DNA of 64,000 bases from Stegostoma tigrinum. Its lineage: Eukaryota. The notes beneath the pieces were generated by a model. That model did no database searches and was not told where the DNA came from. It worked only from the letters and a program-made list of their open reading frames with translations. Location: NCBI RefSeq assembly GCF_030684315.1, contig NC_081358.1, positions 102,258,756 through 102,322,755 of the forward strand, given 5' to 3'. The translations under genes were made by a program, and so were the position numbers. Below, piece by piece: positions 26,290-40,140 of this stretch; the first letter of the stretch is position 1; every line of letters begins with the position of its first letter.

Positions 26290-27509
26290 ATCCTTCTAAT
26301 AACTTTATTCAAAATCCTACCAGTTGTAATTCTACAATATTTCAAATCTCAAAAGCAAGATACAAGGTAGTAGATAATGGTGTTATTTTAATCTCACCAA
26401 AGCCCTGTGCAAATATGTGAGGATAGTACATTAATTTACTTAAACCAGCTCATTTGTATTTCCTTTCTGTTGGATGTGTGCTGAAAGTTCTTCATATCTG
26501 TCTTTTTCATTCAAACACAAGTACTTTTGATCTCATCCCTAACTAGAATCTTGCAGAATGGGTAATGTCACAATAATCTGTGTTTCAGGAGATGAGAAAA
26601 TGCAGTATAAAGGGTAGGTGGCTGCATTACAATGCATGAGAAGTGACTGTTCCCAAAGATTAGAGAGTCTTACCAGAGGTCACTAAAGGAGACACAGTGC
26701 ATCAGGCTTCAGCCATCAAATCAGAGCTCATGAAAAGTGACCCAGGCTAAAATCTGATCTAGACGTCAACATTGTGTACTGATGGAAAGCTGATCAAATG
26801 CACTTCATGAACATGAGGTAACACATTCTGACTAATTTTAAAGGAAGGCAAGAAGACAAGAAAAAGATAGGGACAAGCAGAGAAAGACGAAGGGAGACAT
26901 CTGTATGGATTGACAATCACAAATGAAATAAAGAACGTCAATGTTTTGTTAGACTAGAATGCAAAAGGAGAGAACTTGTGAGCACTATTTGCATGAGCAT
27001 TGAAGCAAAAAGTAGAAAATATTAAAAGCACAGAATAGGCTTATAGAGATCAGAAATCAACAATTTTTTTTGAGTATGATCCTTCATTAAAGCAGGAATC
27101 TGTTTTATGGGAGAGAGAAAACATTGTACTGGAGGCCTCACAGAGAGGAGTCATTAAGCATAGGCAACATGCCAGCTTTGCCCATGATTTCAGCTTGTTT
27201 TTATTTTAAAAACTGCAGTATTTTTATAGGAGCTGCAACCTGCAAATGATAGAAATATGGATGACCAGACCTTGTCCACATTTGGGTCTCCTGGTGCAAT
27301 GAGAATTTATTCTAAGCTGCAATCTGCTTTCCTTAACATTATGACATCGCATAATCTGTAATATTAGACATGAAAAACTGCATGCTGAAAGATCAGTGTC
27401 TTTTCAATCCTAAAGAGTTGAGTCATTGGGACAATGTTACATCTTATCATTCATTTGATAACAGCAGTATTATGCAGATAGGAAAAATGACAGCTACATC
27501 CATTTTTTA

Positions 27510-27925
27510 AAAAAAATTCCTGGCATGTATTTGCTGGGCCAACAATTGTTCTCTATCCCTAATTGCCTTTTAAGTGCTGATATTGAGCTGCCTTCTTGAA
27601 TTGGTGAAGTATGTAGATATACCATTGTCCTGTTAGAAGTGAGTTCCTGGATTTTGACTCAGCAATGTTGAAGCAATAACGGTATGGTTCCCTTTGAGAA
27701 TGGTGTGTGACCTGACGGGGAACTTGTGTGTGGTCGTCCTCCATGCATCTTCTCCCCTTGCTTTTCTGCTGCATGAGATTGCAGGTTTGGAAGGTGCTGT
27801 TGGAGGACCCTTGGTGAGTTAATGCAGTAAGTGCAGATTCTAGAATGGACACACTGGATGTTAGTGGTGGAGGGAGTAAATGCTTAAGATAATGGGTGTA
27901 GTGCTGATCAGACAGCTTTGTTTGT
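27510..27925 (-). mobile_element. LINE family B 3' region
   Basis: gagctgccttcttgaa...ggattttgactcagcaa...gggaacttg. Confidence 0.65.
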
Positions 27926-28505
27926 AATGAAAGCTTTCTTGGAAAAATATCCTGAATTGGGAATGCTCTTCAAACAATGGTGCAATTCCAGCATTCCATA
28001 TAGTTTGGTAATCAAGTGGCTCCCAACTATAAAACCAATGATGAACTGGAACCACGACATTGCACTTTGACACCATTTAGAGAATTGTCCTTGGATTACT
28101 GGTATTGGAACTTGTGCCAGGAACAGCAAGGATCAGAAGTCTCGCAGTTTAAGACCTACACAAAGGCAGGAGATTAACTTTGTTCTTTGAATTAAGAGGA
28201 ATATAATTGTCCTGTTGGATATTCTCATTTAATTTGAATACCGTACCAAAACATTTCACTTAGATACCCTCGGTCAGACCATTATCCTGAAGATACTCCT
28301 GCATTCTGATATGCATTACATCCTTTAAATTATGCACTGAAAAGATGTTCATACTTATTACTGTGTACAGAGCCTTGGGCTATACACAAAGTATTAATTA
28401 ATGTTTCCTTCAATTAGAATAATGGGCAAGAACTATTAATCCTCCCTACCATGTGCAGTTGTGGCTTAAATCATAAATTCGAGTAAAGTCTGAACACACT
28501 GATTT

Positions 28506-28568
28506 CCAACAACAACAACAAAAACAGAAATTGCTGGAAAAGCTCAGCCGGCCCGGCAGCATCTGCAG
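28506..28568 (-). mobile_element. PLE terminal fragment next to a (CAA)n run
   Basis: aaaacagaaattgctggaaaagctcagccggcccggcagcatctg. Confidence 0.7.
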
Positions 28569-28904
28569 ACTTTGTACTTTTACATCTTCAATTCCTAATT
28601 TCCTGGGTCTGGGGCCTGTGGGCTACAAGGGCCGCATACATTTTTTTCAGTCTTGGTTTAACTGAAATCAAACCGAGGGAAGGTGCTTCAAGGAAGGCAG
28701 AATACAATTTTTTACAACATCTTAACATGTTATTAAAAGTTCTCAAAGTGAAGGTGTATCAAACGCCCACAGCTTTGTTTTCACAGTTGGAAGTGTGTCG
28801 ATACTGTTGCCTCACTGCTCCTTTGGTGCTGGATCTTACCTGAACTGTTTCTGGCCTTCAGATTCACAACGTTCAAAAAGAAATATGCAATGTGCTTTTT
28901 TGAA

Positions 28905-29585
28905 ATCTTTTATGGAATAGAGGTGTTATTGGCTAGATCAGCAAGTGTGACTTAAATCTAATTACCCTTGAGAAGGTGGTAGTGAGCTTTCTGCTCAAAG
29001 TGCTGCACGCCTTGGGGTAAAGGAACATCTAGAGTGCGGTTAGGAAAGGAGTTTCAGGATTTTGAATGAACAAAAGTGAAGGAACAGTGATTATAGTTAC
29101 TGAAGGAACAACAGTTTGTTCCAATTAAGTATGGTGTGTGGCTTGGAAGTGAAGAAATAGCTGGTGTTGGTGCTCCCATGTATCTGCTGCCCTTGTCTTT
29201 GTAAGTGTTAGAGATCCTACATTATCGGAAGGTGCTGATAAAGGGACCTTAGCAAATTTTTCAGAGCATGTTGTCTGTATGCAATACATACTGTTGCCAC
29301 TGTGCATCTGTGGTGGAGGGAATGAATTTTGAAGGTGGTGGATGGACTGTCACTCTAATAGGTTACTTTGCTTTGAATGGTTTTGAACTTGAGTTTTGTT
29401 AGAGGAGCACTCATGCAGGAAGTGGGGTCTGTTCAGTTACAGTCCTGACTCATGCCTTGTAGATGATGGATGAACTTTGGGGACTCAGGTGTGTTAGTCA
29501 CCTCTGAAATCCCAACATCTGATCTGCACTTGTAACTAAAGTATTTCTGTTGCTGTTTCCACTTCTGTTTCTGGTCAGTGGTAAC
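28905..29585 (-). mobile_element. LINE family B 3' region
   Basis: Homologous to 52385-53000. Confidence 0.7.
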
Positions 29586-29704
29586 CTTTTAGCAGCATTT
29601 ATTTCAAGTTCCAAAAGTCATTGTTGTACATGGACCTCTGCACAGAAGGAAAACAATTTAGCTGGAACGCTGATGTGAACTGAATGCCAAGGAGAGATGT
29701 TTAA

Positions 29705-30300
29705 TTATGAACATCTAAACCAGGAGCAAAAGTAGGCCATTCAACACCTCTAGCCTGTTTCAGCATTCAATAAGACCATGGCTGATATATTTGAGTTCTT
29801 GATTCAACATTTTCATTCACCCACAAAGACTTTGATCCCTTCATCTAATGAGAATCTATTCACCTTTGTCTTAAAAATATTCAGTGACCTTACTTCAAAC
29901 ACCTTCTGAGACAGATTTTTAAAGTTGAACAACTTTCAGAGAAAAATATTCTTCTTATCCATCACAAAAGGGTGAACCACTAATTTGAAAACAGAGGAAA
30001 CATCTTTTCCAATTCCATCTTGCCAAGACCCTCTAAAACATTTGAATCAAGTTATCCATCACTCTTTTAAACTCCATTAGAAACACACTCAGCCTTTCCA
30101 ATTTTTCTGCATAAGTCAATCCACTAATTTCATGATCAACCTAGTGAATGTTCTCTGAATTGCCTCCAATGCAGTCACATTTTTTATGAAGGAGACTAAA
30201 ACTGCATACAGTATTTGAGATATGATCTCACCAAAGCTCTGTATAACTGAAGTGTAATCTCCTTCCTTTTATGTTCAACACCTGTCATAATAAATAATTG
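29705..30300 (-). mobile_element. Decayed CR1-like LINE 3' end
   Basis: aggagcaaaagtaggccattcaa...cattcaataagaccatggctgat tail. Confidence 0.65.
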
Positions 30301-30499
30301 CATTTAGATTGTCTCTTATTGGGTATAGTAATTACCTGGCAATAATGTGGAGTAAATAATACTTGCCATTTATCAGCCCAAGGCTGAATGCTATCAAGTC
30401 ATCCAGCTGGTTGTAGGCAATTACAACAAATTACACTTCCTCTCAAATTAAAATAAAACGTAAAATGTTTTAATCTACGTAATTCCCCAGAATACAATA

Positions 30500-31080
30500 A
30501 AGGCAAGCATGCCAAATGCCTTATTCACTCTCTTGTCTACCTGGCACTCCATTTTCAAGGAACTATGCACTCCAAGGTCTGTTTGTTCAGCAACATTCCC
30601 CAGGGCCTTCCAGTTAAGTGTGTAAGTCCTGCCCTGATTTGCCTTTCCAAATGTAGCACCTTACATTTATCTAAACTAAACTCCATCTGCCACTCCTCGG
30701 CCCAATGGCCCATCAGATCAAGATCCTGTTGTACTCTGAGGTAGCCTTTTTCACAGTCCACTACAAATCCAATTTTGGCATCATCAGCAAACTTACTAAC
30801 CATAGGTCCCATGTTCACATCCAAATCTTTTACATAAATGATGAAAAAAGTGGACCCAGAACCGATCCTTGTGGCACACCGTTGGTCACAAGCCTCTAGT
30901 CTGAAAAGCAGTGCTCCACCACCACCCTCTGTCTTCTACCTTCCAGCCAGTCCTGTCTCCAAATGGCTAGTTCTCCATCTATTCCATGCGACCAACCTTG
31001 CTAACCGGTTGGGAACCTATCAAACTCCTTACTGAAGGTCATACTGATCACAACCACCACACTCTGCTCTCATCAATCCG
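30500..31080 (-). mobile_element. CR1/HER1-like LINE RT fragment
   Basis: VSKFADDAKIG...LRVQQDLDLMGHWAEEWQMEFSLDKCKVLH (RT ADD motif). Confidence 0.9.
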
Positions 31081-31539
31081 CACACTATCGTCATAATCCT
31101 CTATGCCGGTGGTAATCAAAAATTTCAGTCTCTGCTTTAAAAATGCCTAAAGAGTGAACTTCCAGAGCCAGCTGAGATAGAAAAATCTGAAGATTTACGA
31201 TTCTTTGAATACCATGGCAGTGGCAAGATCTAAGTTTCAGGTTGAGATTGTGATCTTGCCTGCCGTAGCCTGGTTCTTGCTGAAATCTGGTAAATGTTTC
31301 TTTTAGATTCTGGAAAAGGACTTCTTTGCCATTTGTAACTATTTCTTTCTGTTACTTCCTTGGCTGTGGCCTCATAGTAAGCTTATTATCTTTATTCAAA
31401 AACCTGGCTTAGGTTTCATTATTCTTTAGGCTTCCCACAACCATTTCTCTAAGCTAGACTTCTAATGTCACGTTGTACTCACAGTGATGAAAGGGAATTT
31501 TTAATTTGAGAACGCAATTCCTGAAAGACTCACTTGGCA

Positions 31540-31845
31540 TAAAAGCAGAAAATGGTTGGGAATCTCAGCGGGTCTGGGAGCACCTGTGGAATTAGAAAAC
31601 AAAGTAAATGTTTTGAGTGCAGTGATCCTTCTTTGGATCACACTTGACAATCATTTCCAATCACAGAGTTCAACCCTCAGTGCAATCTCATGCTTTATCA
31701 TGCCATAATATGAATATAAAATCAGATTTATTTCAGAATAGTCCATTTACTGGGGCGCATAAGTCTAGGCCCGAAACGTCAGCTTTTGTGCTCCTAAGAT
31801 GCTGCTTGGCCTGCTGTGTTCATCCAGCTCCACACTTTGTTATCA
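31540..31845. mobile_element. Two PLE terminal pieces: 31540-31633 (-) and 31762-31844 (+)
   Basis: gtctaggcccgaaacgtcagcttttgtgctcctaagatgctgc is near-identical to the 50846-50927 terminus. Confidence 0.8.
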
Positions 31846-31899
31846 AGCACTCAGTAGCATCTGGTCTCATCGTCGTTGATAAGACATTTCAACAAGAAG

Positions 31900-32190
31900 G
31901 AGAATTTCACTGAGATTCCTAAGACAGCACAAGCCCAACCCAGACCACTACCATCTAGAAAGACAGGGGCTGTTGGTGCATGGGAACACCATCACCTGCA
32001 AGCTCCCTTCCAAGCCATTCATCTTCCTGACTTGGAAACATATCACTATTCCTTCACTGTTGCTGGATCAAAATCCTGGAACCCCTACCTACAGCACGTG
32101 GACTGCAGCAGTTCAAGAAGGCAGCTCATCACCACCTTCTCAAAGGCAATAAATACTGGCCAGATCCCGTGAATGAATAAATAAAAAAAA
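31900..32190 (+). mobile_element. LINE family B 3' end
   Basis: ggactgcagcagttcaagaaggcagctcatcaccaccttctcaa...gtgaatgaataaataaaaaaaa. Confidence 0.8.
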
Positions 32191-33034
32191 TCTTTATGTT
32201 CAACTTCTCTCTTGTATTATTTCAGTCAGATGTGTTATCTGTTTGGAATTACACCAGTCTTCTTTGTTAGGGTTCGGTTGACCTCAGATATGTTTTTAGT
32301 GGCATATGTTCACTCACTTACTGACTGCCCCTGAAAATGATGTTGCATGAAACAATCTCTCAAGCTGCTTGAACAGCTTCACAATCAATTTCCCTAGTTC
32401 CAAATATGTGCCAAAGTTTAGTTAAATCTTTGTGAAAGTAAATGCCATACCAACCTCATTACCTCTCTGTTGATTGCTGCTCAGCCGTGACAGAACAACG
32501 GCATTTACACCTTCCCTAAAGGCCAGCAGAGAAGCCAGCCTAACAAATGCTCAGCTACTTACACCCTAAGGAAATCCTGCAGAGATGACTTGCACTGAGA
32601 TGACCTGCCTCCAAAAAGTTACAACCACCTTCCTTTGGATTGGATACGACTCCAAATAGTGAAGAGTTTTTTTTCCCAATTCTGATTGACTTCAATTTTA
32701 TCTGACGTCTTTGATGCTGCACTTGGTCATGTACTGTTTGATGCTGAGGGTGGTCATTTCCCCATCTTTGTTATTTCATTTGCAATATCGTTTTGGATTA
32801 CTTTTCAAAAAAATCATGAACTTATTCTGATTTACAGGTGTTAATGTAACAAGTAATTGTTAATTGTTACAGAGATAGGCCCATTTATTTGTTCTCTTTA
32901 GTGAAATTATATTTTGCACTGAACGTACTATTACCCACTTTATGTTAACATTAAATTGGTGAACAGATAAATAATACAGTTCCATATCCAACTGAAATTC
33001 TCGCAGCTTGGATCCCTTTCAGCCACTGGCCAAC

Positions 33035-33052
33035 ATCGCCCTCTGCTGGTGA
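33035..33052 (-). promoter_or_regulatory. Candidate CTCF site
   Basis: Reverse complement CACCAGCAGAGGGCGAT fits the CCASYAGRKGGCR consensus. Confidence 0.5.
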
Positions 33053-33814
33053 TGCCAACAAGTGGGGTCATTATTGCTTTTCAATTAAAAGCAAAGGAAA
33101 CCTGAAGTTAAATCAAAAAGTGCTGGAAATGCTCAGTGGTAGTTATCATTCCACAGATAGGTGTTACTCGTACTTTTGGTTTCTGTTTCTAGAATAAGTC
33201 ATCTTGCGTTCTCACCTGAAAGCAGGCCCTTGATGATTACTTACTGAACCACAGAAAAATGGAAAGATTTTTTCTTTGTGGATGGGACTGGGTGCCTAGG
33301 ACTGAAACAGGAATCAAGCCTGAATCTTTGGAACTGCACACATTAGCCATCCAGCCAACTGAACTAAACAGACCACAGGGCTAGAATTAAAGAGCTAAGA
33401 ATGATGGATGAGTATTTGAATTCTTTTTCTGAAATTGGCACTCCATTATATTTTCCGATAATTTCTGATGTTTTTGTAAGCTCAAACAACCTTAATGCCA
33501 AGTAGCTATCCTTTATTTGTCATTTGGTGGCAGCAGACTGCTTAAGCTGCACTCAAAGTTCATTTCAGTTTGGGCGCACCTTTCTTGCTGTACCAGCACC
33601 TCTTTCCTGACCAAAGATGCACCATTCATTCCAGATGTTCTTCCAAAGTCACCATGAACCTATTTTCACCAGCCTCCATAAAGCGAAGCGGTGACAGTAG
33701 GGCAGAGTTTTCACACTGCAGGCCTCAGGGATGATTGCTGGAAAGTGATTGATTTCTGACAGCTCTTAGACTGTGTGAATTATAAATAACCTCAGCACCA
33801 CTGGACATAACTAG

Positions 33815-34500
33815 TATGGGCAGAAGTAGGCCATTCAACTCAACAAGCCTTCTCGGCAATTCAGTTGGATTGTGTCTGATCTTATAATGCTCAACTCCAG
33901 TTTCCTGCTTTATCCCATAACCTTTGATTCCTTTATAGATTAAAAATCTCTCTCTCATCCTCCAATATCCTTAACAACTCAGCCTCAGCAGCGAGTTTGA
34001 CAGATTCACAGCCCTCTGAGATAACAAATTCCTCTTCGTCTCTCTTGAATGTGCGACCCTCTTATTCTGAAGTTATGTTGTCTGGTTCTAGACTGTCCCG
34101 CAAGGGGAAGCAACCTTTCTGCATTTATCCTATCAAGTCCCGCGATAATTTTATATGTTGCAAAAAGGTCATCTCTCATTCTTCTGTACTCGAATATGTA
34201 CAGGCCCATTCAATTTAATCTCTTCCCATACAACAGTCCTTCCACATCATCCTAATGAATGATCTCTGGAATGCCTCCAATGGCGGTGTATCTTTTCTTA
34301 TTTAGGGGCCCAAAACAGTTCAAAACAGTCCAGCTGTGGCCTGACTAGTGTAGTTTAGACAAAACTTTTATACTCCATTCCCTTTCAACAGTTCCAGTTG
34401 TCTTTACTATCCCTCACTAAATGTGGATGCTAACTTTTTGTTGTATTGTGGATGAGGAGCCCTTTGTTCTGCAACGTCCTGCAGTCTTTCTTCAATTGAC
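33815..34500 (-). mobile_element. CR1-like LINE 3' end
   Basis: LYIFEYRRMRDDLFATYKIIAGLDRINAERLLPL. Confidence 0.85.
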
Positions 34501-35224
34501 AGTTAAGGGTTTTTTTTATTACCAAATGGAAGGAATTGTCAGGGCTGTGTACATCCTGCTGTCTAACTTTTCCTACAGTTTGTCTTGATTTTGGAGGAAT
34601 TGATCAGAAGTGAATGAAAATCAAGAGGTAGCAGAAGATAATCATTTGGTTACAGAACAATTTGTACAGGAGACCCATGTAAAGCCTCATAAAAGATTGG
34701 ATATATTGTATCATATGCTTTCAAAAAATGGTGCCTCCTTTTTAATTTCAACTGTGCCAATTTTGTCGCCTGTTAATACTAGATCACCAACATCATGACA
34801 AATAGCAATTGCTTGTACTGCGGGCGTGTTTGTACGTCTAATTTCTGTGTCTTCTGTTCAGGATAGTGGGGCCTCTCATTAATGCCAATTTGTAAATTAA
34901 ACACAATGAAAGACCACATGTTTGAAATACTTCACAGCCAGCATTCCATTAAGATTTGCCAATACATTACATACTCTATAGCTCTCATCATTTAGAACAT
35001 ACTTTGATTTCATTTTCTCAGACCCCAGCATGTGTGATATCTGTGGGTAAATGGATTCTGTCACCAATTATATTTCCATTCATTGGGCCTAGGGATCTGG
35101 TTTACAGACACAGAAGATCAACCACCAATGAATTTTAATAAGTAGAGGCTTTTGTGTTAACAAATGCAGCTTATTGCATGATAACATTCAGTACATTCAT
35201 GTAAGGCACTTCATGCATTATAAA

Positions 35225-36320
35225 TCCAATGGAATTTTCTGACGATGTGACTTGGAGAATAGATGTGGGAGAACCAGTGGATGTGATGTATTCAGATTTT
35301 CAGGAGGCTTTTGATGATGTTTGCCATGAGAGATGAGTGGACAAAGTTAAAGCATTTTGGTTAACAGGTAATACATTGGCATGAACTGAGAATTTATTGA
35401 CAGGCAGGAAGCAGAAATTGTTTTTTTCTGAGTAGCAGGCAGTGACTAGTGGGGTACCAGAAGGATTAGTGTTTGGGCCCAACTATTCATGTTATATATG
35501 TGAGCTGGATGAGGGAATTGAATGCAAGATTTCTAAGTTTGATGTTTATCTATGACACTAAATGGACAGGATTGTGAGTTAAAAGGAGGCTTCAAGGTGA
35601 TTTTGACAAGTTGAGCAAATACATGCAGTGCAATGTGAAATTGCCTAGTTCGGTGTGAAAATGAAAGGGGGAATATTATTTGAATGGCGATATATTTAGA
35701 AGTGTGAATACACAAAAGAATCTGTGTGTCTTGGTACATCAGTCAGTGAAAATAGACTGGCAGGTGCAGCAAAAGATTCGAAAGACAAATAGTGTATTGG
35801 CCTCCTTTACAAAAGGACTTGAATTCAGAAATAGATATGTCTTACTACGGTTATATACGGTTTTAGTGAGTCTATACTGGAGTAATTTGTGCAGTTTTGA
35901 TCACCTTACATAAGAAAGGCTATACTTGCCATAGACTGAGTGCAGCAAAGGTTTACCAAGTTGATACAGGAGTTGACGAGGCCATCCTAAGATGCTGCTT
36001 AGCCAGCTGTGTTCATCCAGCCCCACACTTTGTTATCTTGGTTTCTCCAGCATGTGCAGTTCCCATTATCTCTCCCATCCTGAGGAGAGATTGGTTTGAC
36101 TAGCCTTGTACTCACCAGAGTTTAGAAGGATGAGAGGGAGCCTGATTGAACATGTAAGGGCCTAACAGGCTGGACACACCAGATGCAAAGAGAATGCTTC
36201 CCTTGGATGGGCAATGAGATTAAGAGGACACAATTTCAGGATATGGGGTAGACCATTTTAGTCTGATGTGAGGAAAGCCTTTTTCACTCAGAGTAGTTAA
36301 CCTGTGGAATTCTGTATTCA
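35225..36320 (+). mobile_element. Decayed CR1-like LINE RT with a nested PLE terminal piece (35989-36074)
   Basis: gattttcaggaggcttttgat (DFQKAFD-like) and gtgactagtggggtacca. The nested piece is flanked by ccatcct at 35982 and 36075. Confidence 0.8.
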
Positions 36321-38860
36321 TTGAGGAATATAGGGAAGGAACATTAGTTGTGAGAAAGGACTGCAGAAAACTTAGATTAGGCAGAAAAGGAACAAGAAAG
36401 ATAATCCATCAATATCTTTCAGAGTACAATGTCATCACCTGACATCTACATACCAGTGTGTTACCACTGAGAACCACTAGACTACAATAAAGTGAAGGCA
36501 GAATTGGCTTAATAGTTGTAATCCTTTGACTAGAGCCTGAGATCAAAGCTGTAGTTTTTTATGCAAACATATTCATTTATATTTGAGTGAAATTACTCAG
36601 GAAAACACACTAAAATGACCGAAGATTGGCATGTAAGAATATATTTATTGACTGAAGTTGCATTGGCAAGATAAAGTTACTTTTAAAAAGCACTTTTCTT
36701 CAGTAATCACTTTGAACATTACAGTAGCCAATTTGAAATGTGCCGTGTTTATTTCTTTAAATTGACAGATAAATCATTTAATTTCTGAATTTGTAGACTG
36801 AAATTTGAATCTTTGCTAATGCTCAATAAACATGGACAGGGGAGAGTCTAGATTGCGAGTCAGAACAGCAGGTTTTAATTGTAACAACGTTGTCAGCGAT
36901 GTTTGAAAATCATCACGCTTAAATTCCAGGTTTGAGGTGCTGTTTCCCTCTTTTTGTTTGATAACTACTTCTTGTAAGGGATGTCCTTATCATCACTCAA
37001 ACTTAAACAGGTATCTGTACACTCAATCCAGGCCAAGAGAACATCAGTAATGATGAGATGACTCCACTAACTCTGGTCAATGATAAAAGTTTTGATGCGA
37101 GGAATCATTAAAAAGAAAAGTCAAGGAGGGAGTAGTGGTGAGAAGACCTGTTTAAATCAGAGAGGTGATAAGGTGGTCTTCCTAATGAGACTGGGTGCTA
37201 AACATCAGCAGCAGCTCAACGCAGGGGAGCCTAACCTTGCTGACTAACATTCTAGTTTTTCTTTGTTCTAAATCTTTCCTTCTTCTGCAGAATATGCTGA
37301 TCAAAAAGAAAAGACATTTTCACTTAGGGCTCTGCAATTTTCGCAGGCATGATCTCAGTGGAATATTGTGCTTATTGCACAAAGGGCTACCCTATCTCTG
37401 CTTTAAAATGTCCCAGTGTCGTTTAGGAACAGGACAGGTAAAGATAAACATTATCCCTTTGGCTTCTTCCAGAAGTACTGAACTTCACAAGCTACTTACT
37501 TCCTTGCTCTCTTGATAGCTTTGACTGCCAAAAATCTATCATCAACCTTTTGGTTTGAAGTTTATAACATTCCTTCATATCCCTGGGTGAACTATTCCAC
37601 ATCTTCACTTATGTGTGAAATTATATCATATATTTTCTTAGGAAAGTATGGTCTCTTGAGTGAGAACTCAGCTCCGAGTAACACATGGAAAACTATAGAA
37701 ATATAAACCTAATACGGTGTTTCCAGTTGGAATTTTAGGGTGACAGTTCTTTTTCAATGAAAAGTCGCAACAAGGTGTTGTCTTAGTGCCCTGTATATAA
37801 AGTTGCATTTTTACAAATTGCCCATTTGCAGAGCCCTTCAGTCTTGTAAAGTTTTAAGTGATCATGACTTTGCGTGGAAAAAATGCTAACAGTCCAATAA
37901 AATTTGGAATACATATCTTTGATACTAGAAGCAAACAAAAACATTACTAGTCATCAATTTAAATCAAAAAACTAAACATAATAGCAGAAACTGAAAGTTT
38001 TTAAATGTCTTTTTTAATGTATTATAACTCGTTCTGTAATGCATAAGGTGCTATTGCACAATGTTGTTCAATGTAAGGGCTAATTTACATTTAGAGGATA
38101 GACTGTCTTTCAATACAGCTCCTAATAGTGACATTTGAAGTTGTGGAAATATTTTGTACTTACCTTTCAGAATGTTCCTGACTCCTCAGCAGACTTCTCC
38201 CAATTAGTGATGAACTATACTGGGAAGGAAATCATGCTTGACAAACCCACTGGATTACTTCCAGGATATAGATAGTTGAGTTGATCAGGAGGAGTCCCCA
38301 GATTACAGTGAATGTAACCAGTCTCAAATACATTCCTTAAAACCGTATTTATCTATTTGTTAATAGTTGCCGATCCCACATAGAAAAATTACCAAAAAGA
38401 CTGAGGGCTGTTTCCTGATAGTTCTGTGATCTTTGACAGTCCAGAATACTTTTTTTTAGTCAGTAGATAATTTCACATTTTCAGTAGCAGTAACATAAAG
38501 GAACTCTCCCCACTTTATTGTTAACAGATGATGTTTTGGGTTTTTTTGTAGCAATCTTCTATGAAAGCTTCAAGCACCAGAAGCAGATTTCATAATTTGG
38601 AGTGCCATTTCACAGTCCGTATGTTTTATAGAAGGATGATAATTTAGGGACAGAAATCATAAATCCATAATCTAAACCAACCACTCCCTCCATCACAGGT
38701 AAATCATAACTGAAGTGCACACTATCTACACAGGCATTGCAGCAAATCATTCAAATTTCTTGAATAGCACCATACTGTTGTATCACGTAGTTAGGACTTT
38801 AAATGGTTAACTGACATTATAAGATAAGGTCCACCCATCAATAACTAAAAGACTATCCTG

Positions 38861-40140
38861 AACAAAAACCAGAAGAACTGCAGATGCTGTAAATCAGGAA
38901 CAAAAGTTGCTGGGAAAGCTCAGCAGGTCTGACAGAATCTGCAGAGGAGAAGACACCCACTGACTCCCACAGCTAGGTGGACTGTACATCCTCACACCCC
39001 AATTCCTGTAAAGACTCCACCCCATTCTCTCAGTTCCTCCGTCACCGTTGTATATGTTCTGATGAGGCCAAGATCGATAAGGGAACCTCCGAATTATCCA
39101 CCTTCTTCCTCAACTGAGGATTCTCCAACTCTGATGTCGACAGGGCCTTCAACCAGGTCCGACCCATCTCTCACATCTCAGCCCTCACCCCTTCTCTTCC
39201 CTCCTGCAACAGCAATAGGGTTCCCCATACCCTCATCTATCATCCCACCAGCATCCACATCCAGAAGATCATCGCACACCATTTCCGCCACCTCTAGCAA
39301 GATGCCATCACCAGACACATATTCCGCTCCCCTCCCTTGCCCTCATTCCGCAGGGACCATACCCTCTGGGTCACCCTGGTCCATACATCCTTCACCTCCA
39401 ACACCTCCCAACAGCTCTACAGCACCTTCCCCTGTAACCGGCGAAGGTGCAACACCTGCCCAGTTACCTCCTCCCTCCTCAGCATCCAAGGGCCTAAAGT
39501 TATCTACCAGGTGAAGCAACACTTCACCTGCACTTCCCAGAATCTAGACGTCTGCATTGGATGCTCACAATGTGGTATCCTCTATATGGGAGAAACAAAG
39601 CGTAGACTGAGTACCGCTTCACAGAACATCTGCGGTCTGCTCACAAAAAAGACCCTGAACTACCCATTGCCTGCCACTTTAATGCACCGTCCTGTTCCCT
39701 GGCCAGCATGCCTGTCTCTGGCTTACTGCAGTGTTCTAGTGAATCTTAATGCAAGCTGGAAGAAGAACAACTCATTTTCTGCTTGGGGACCCTGCAGCCC
39801 TCCGGACTCAATATCGAGTTCAGTAATTTTATGGCTTAAACTCTCCCATGTCCCAGCCCCTTACCCCATACACCAGGCGTTGTTACCTGCCATTACACAC
39901 TACCTGTTATTAGTCACTAATAGTTGCCATCCAACTTCTCCTTTCTTTCTTTAGGCTCTATCCTATCATTTACTCTCTACCCTATCCCCCTCCCCTTTTT
40001 TCTGCATATAAACAGACGTGTTCCCAGCCACCATCAGTTCTGAGGAAGGGTCACCGGACCCAAAACGTTAACTCTGTTTTTTCCTTCACAGATGCTGCCA
40101 GACCTGCTGAGTTTTCCAGCAACTTCTGTTTTTTCTTGTT
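38861..40140 (+). mobile_element. 5'-truncated Neptune-type PLE with an inverted 5' terminal piece
   Basis: FPCNRRRCNTCP...HFTCTSQNLDVCIGCSQCGILYMGETKRRL. Hammerhead motif at 40036-40073. Minus terminal piece at about 38861-38950. Degenerate TSD actaaaagactatcctg / actaaaggactttctg. Confidence 0.9.
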
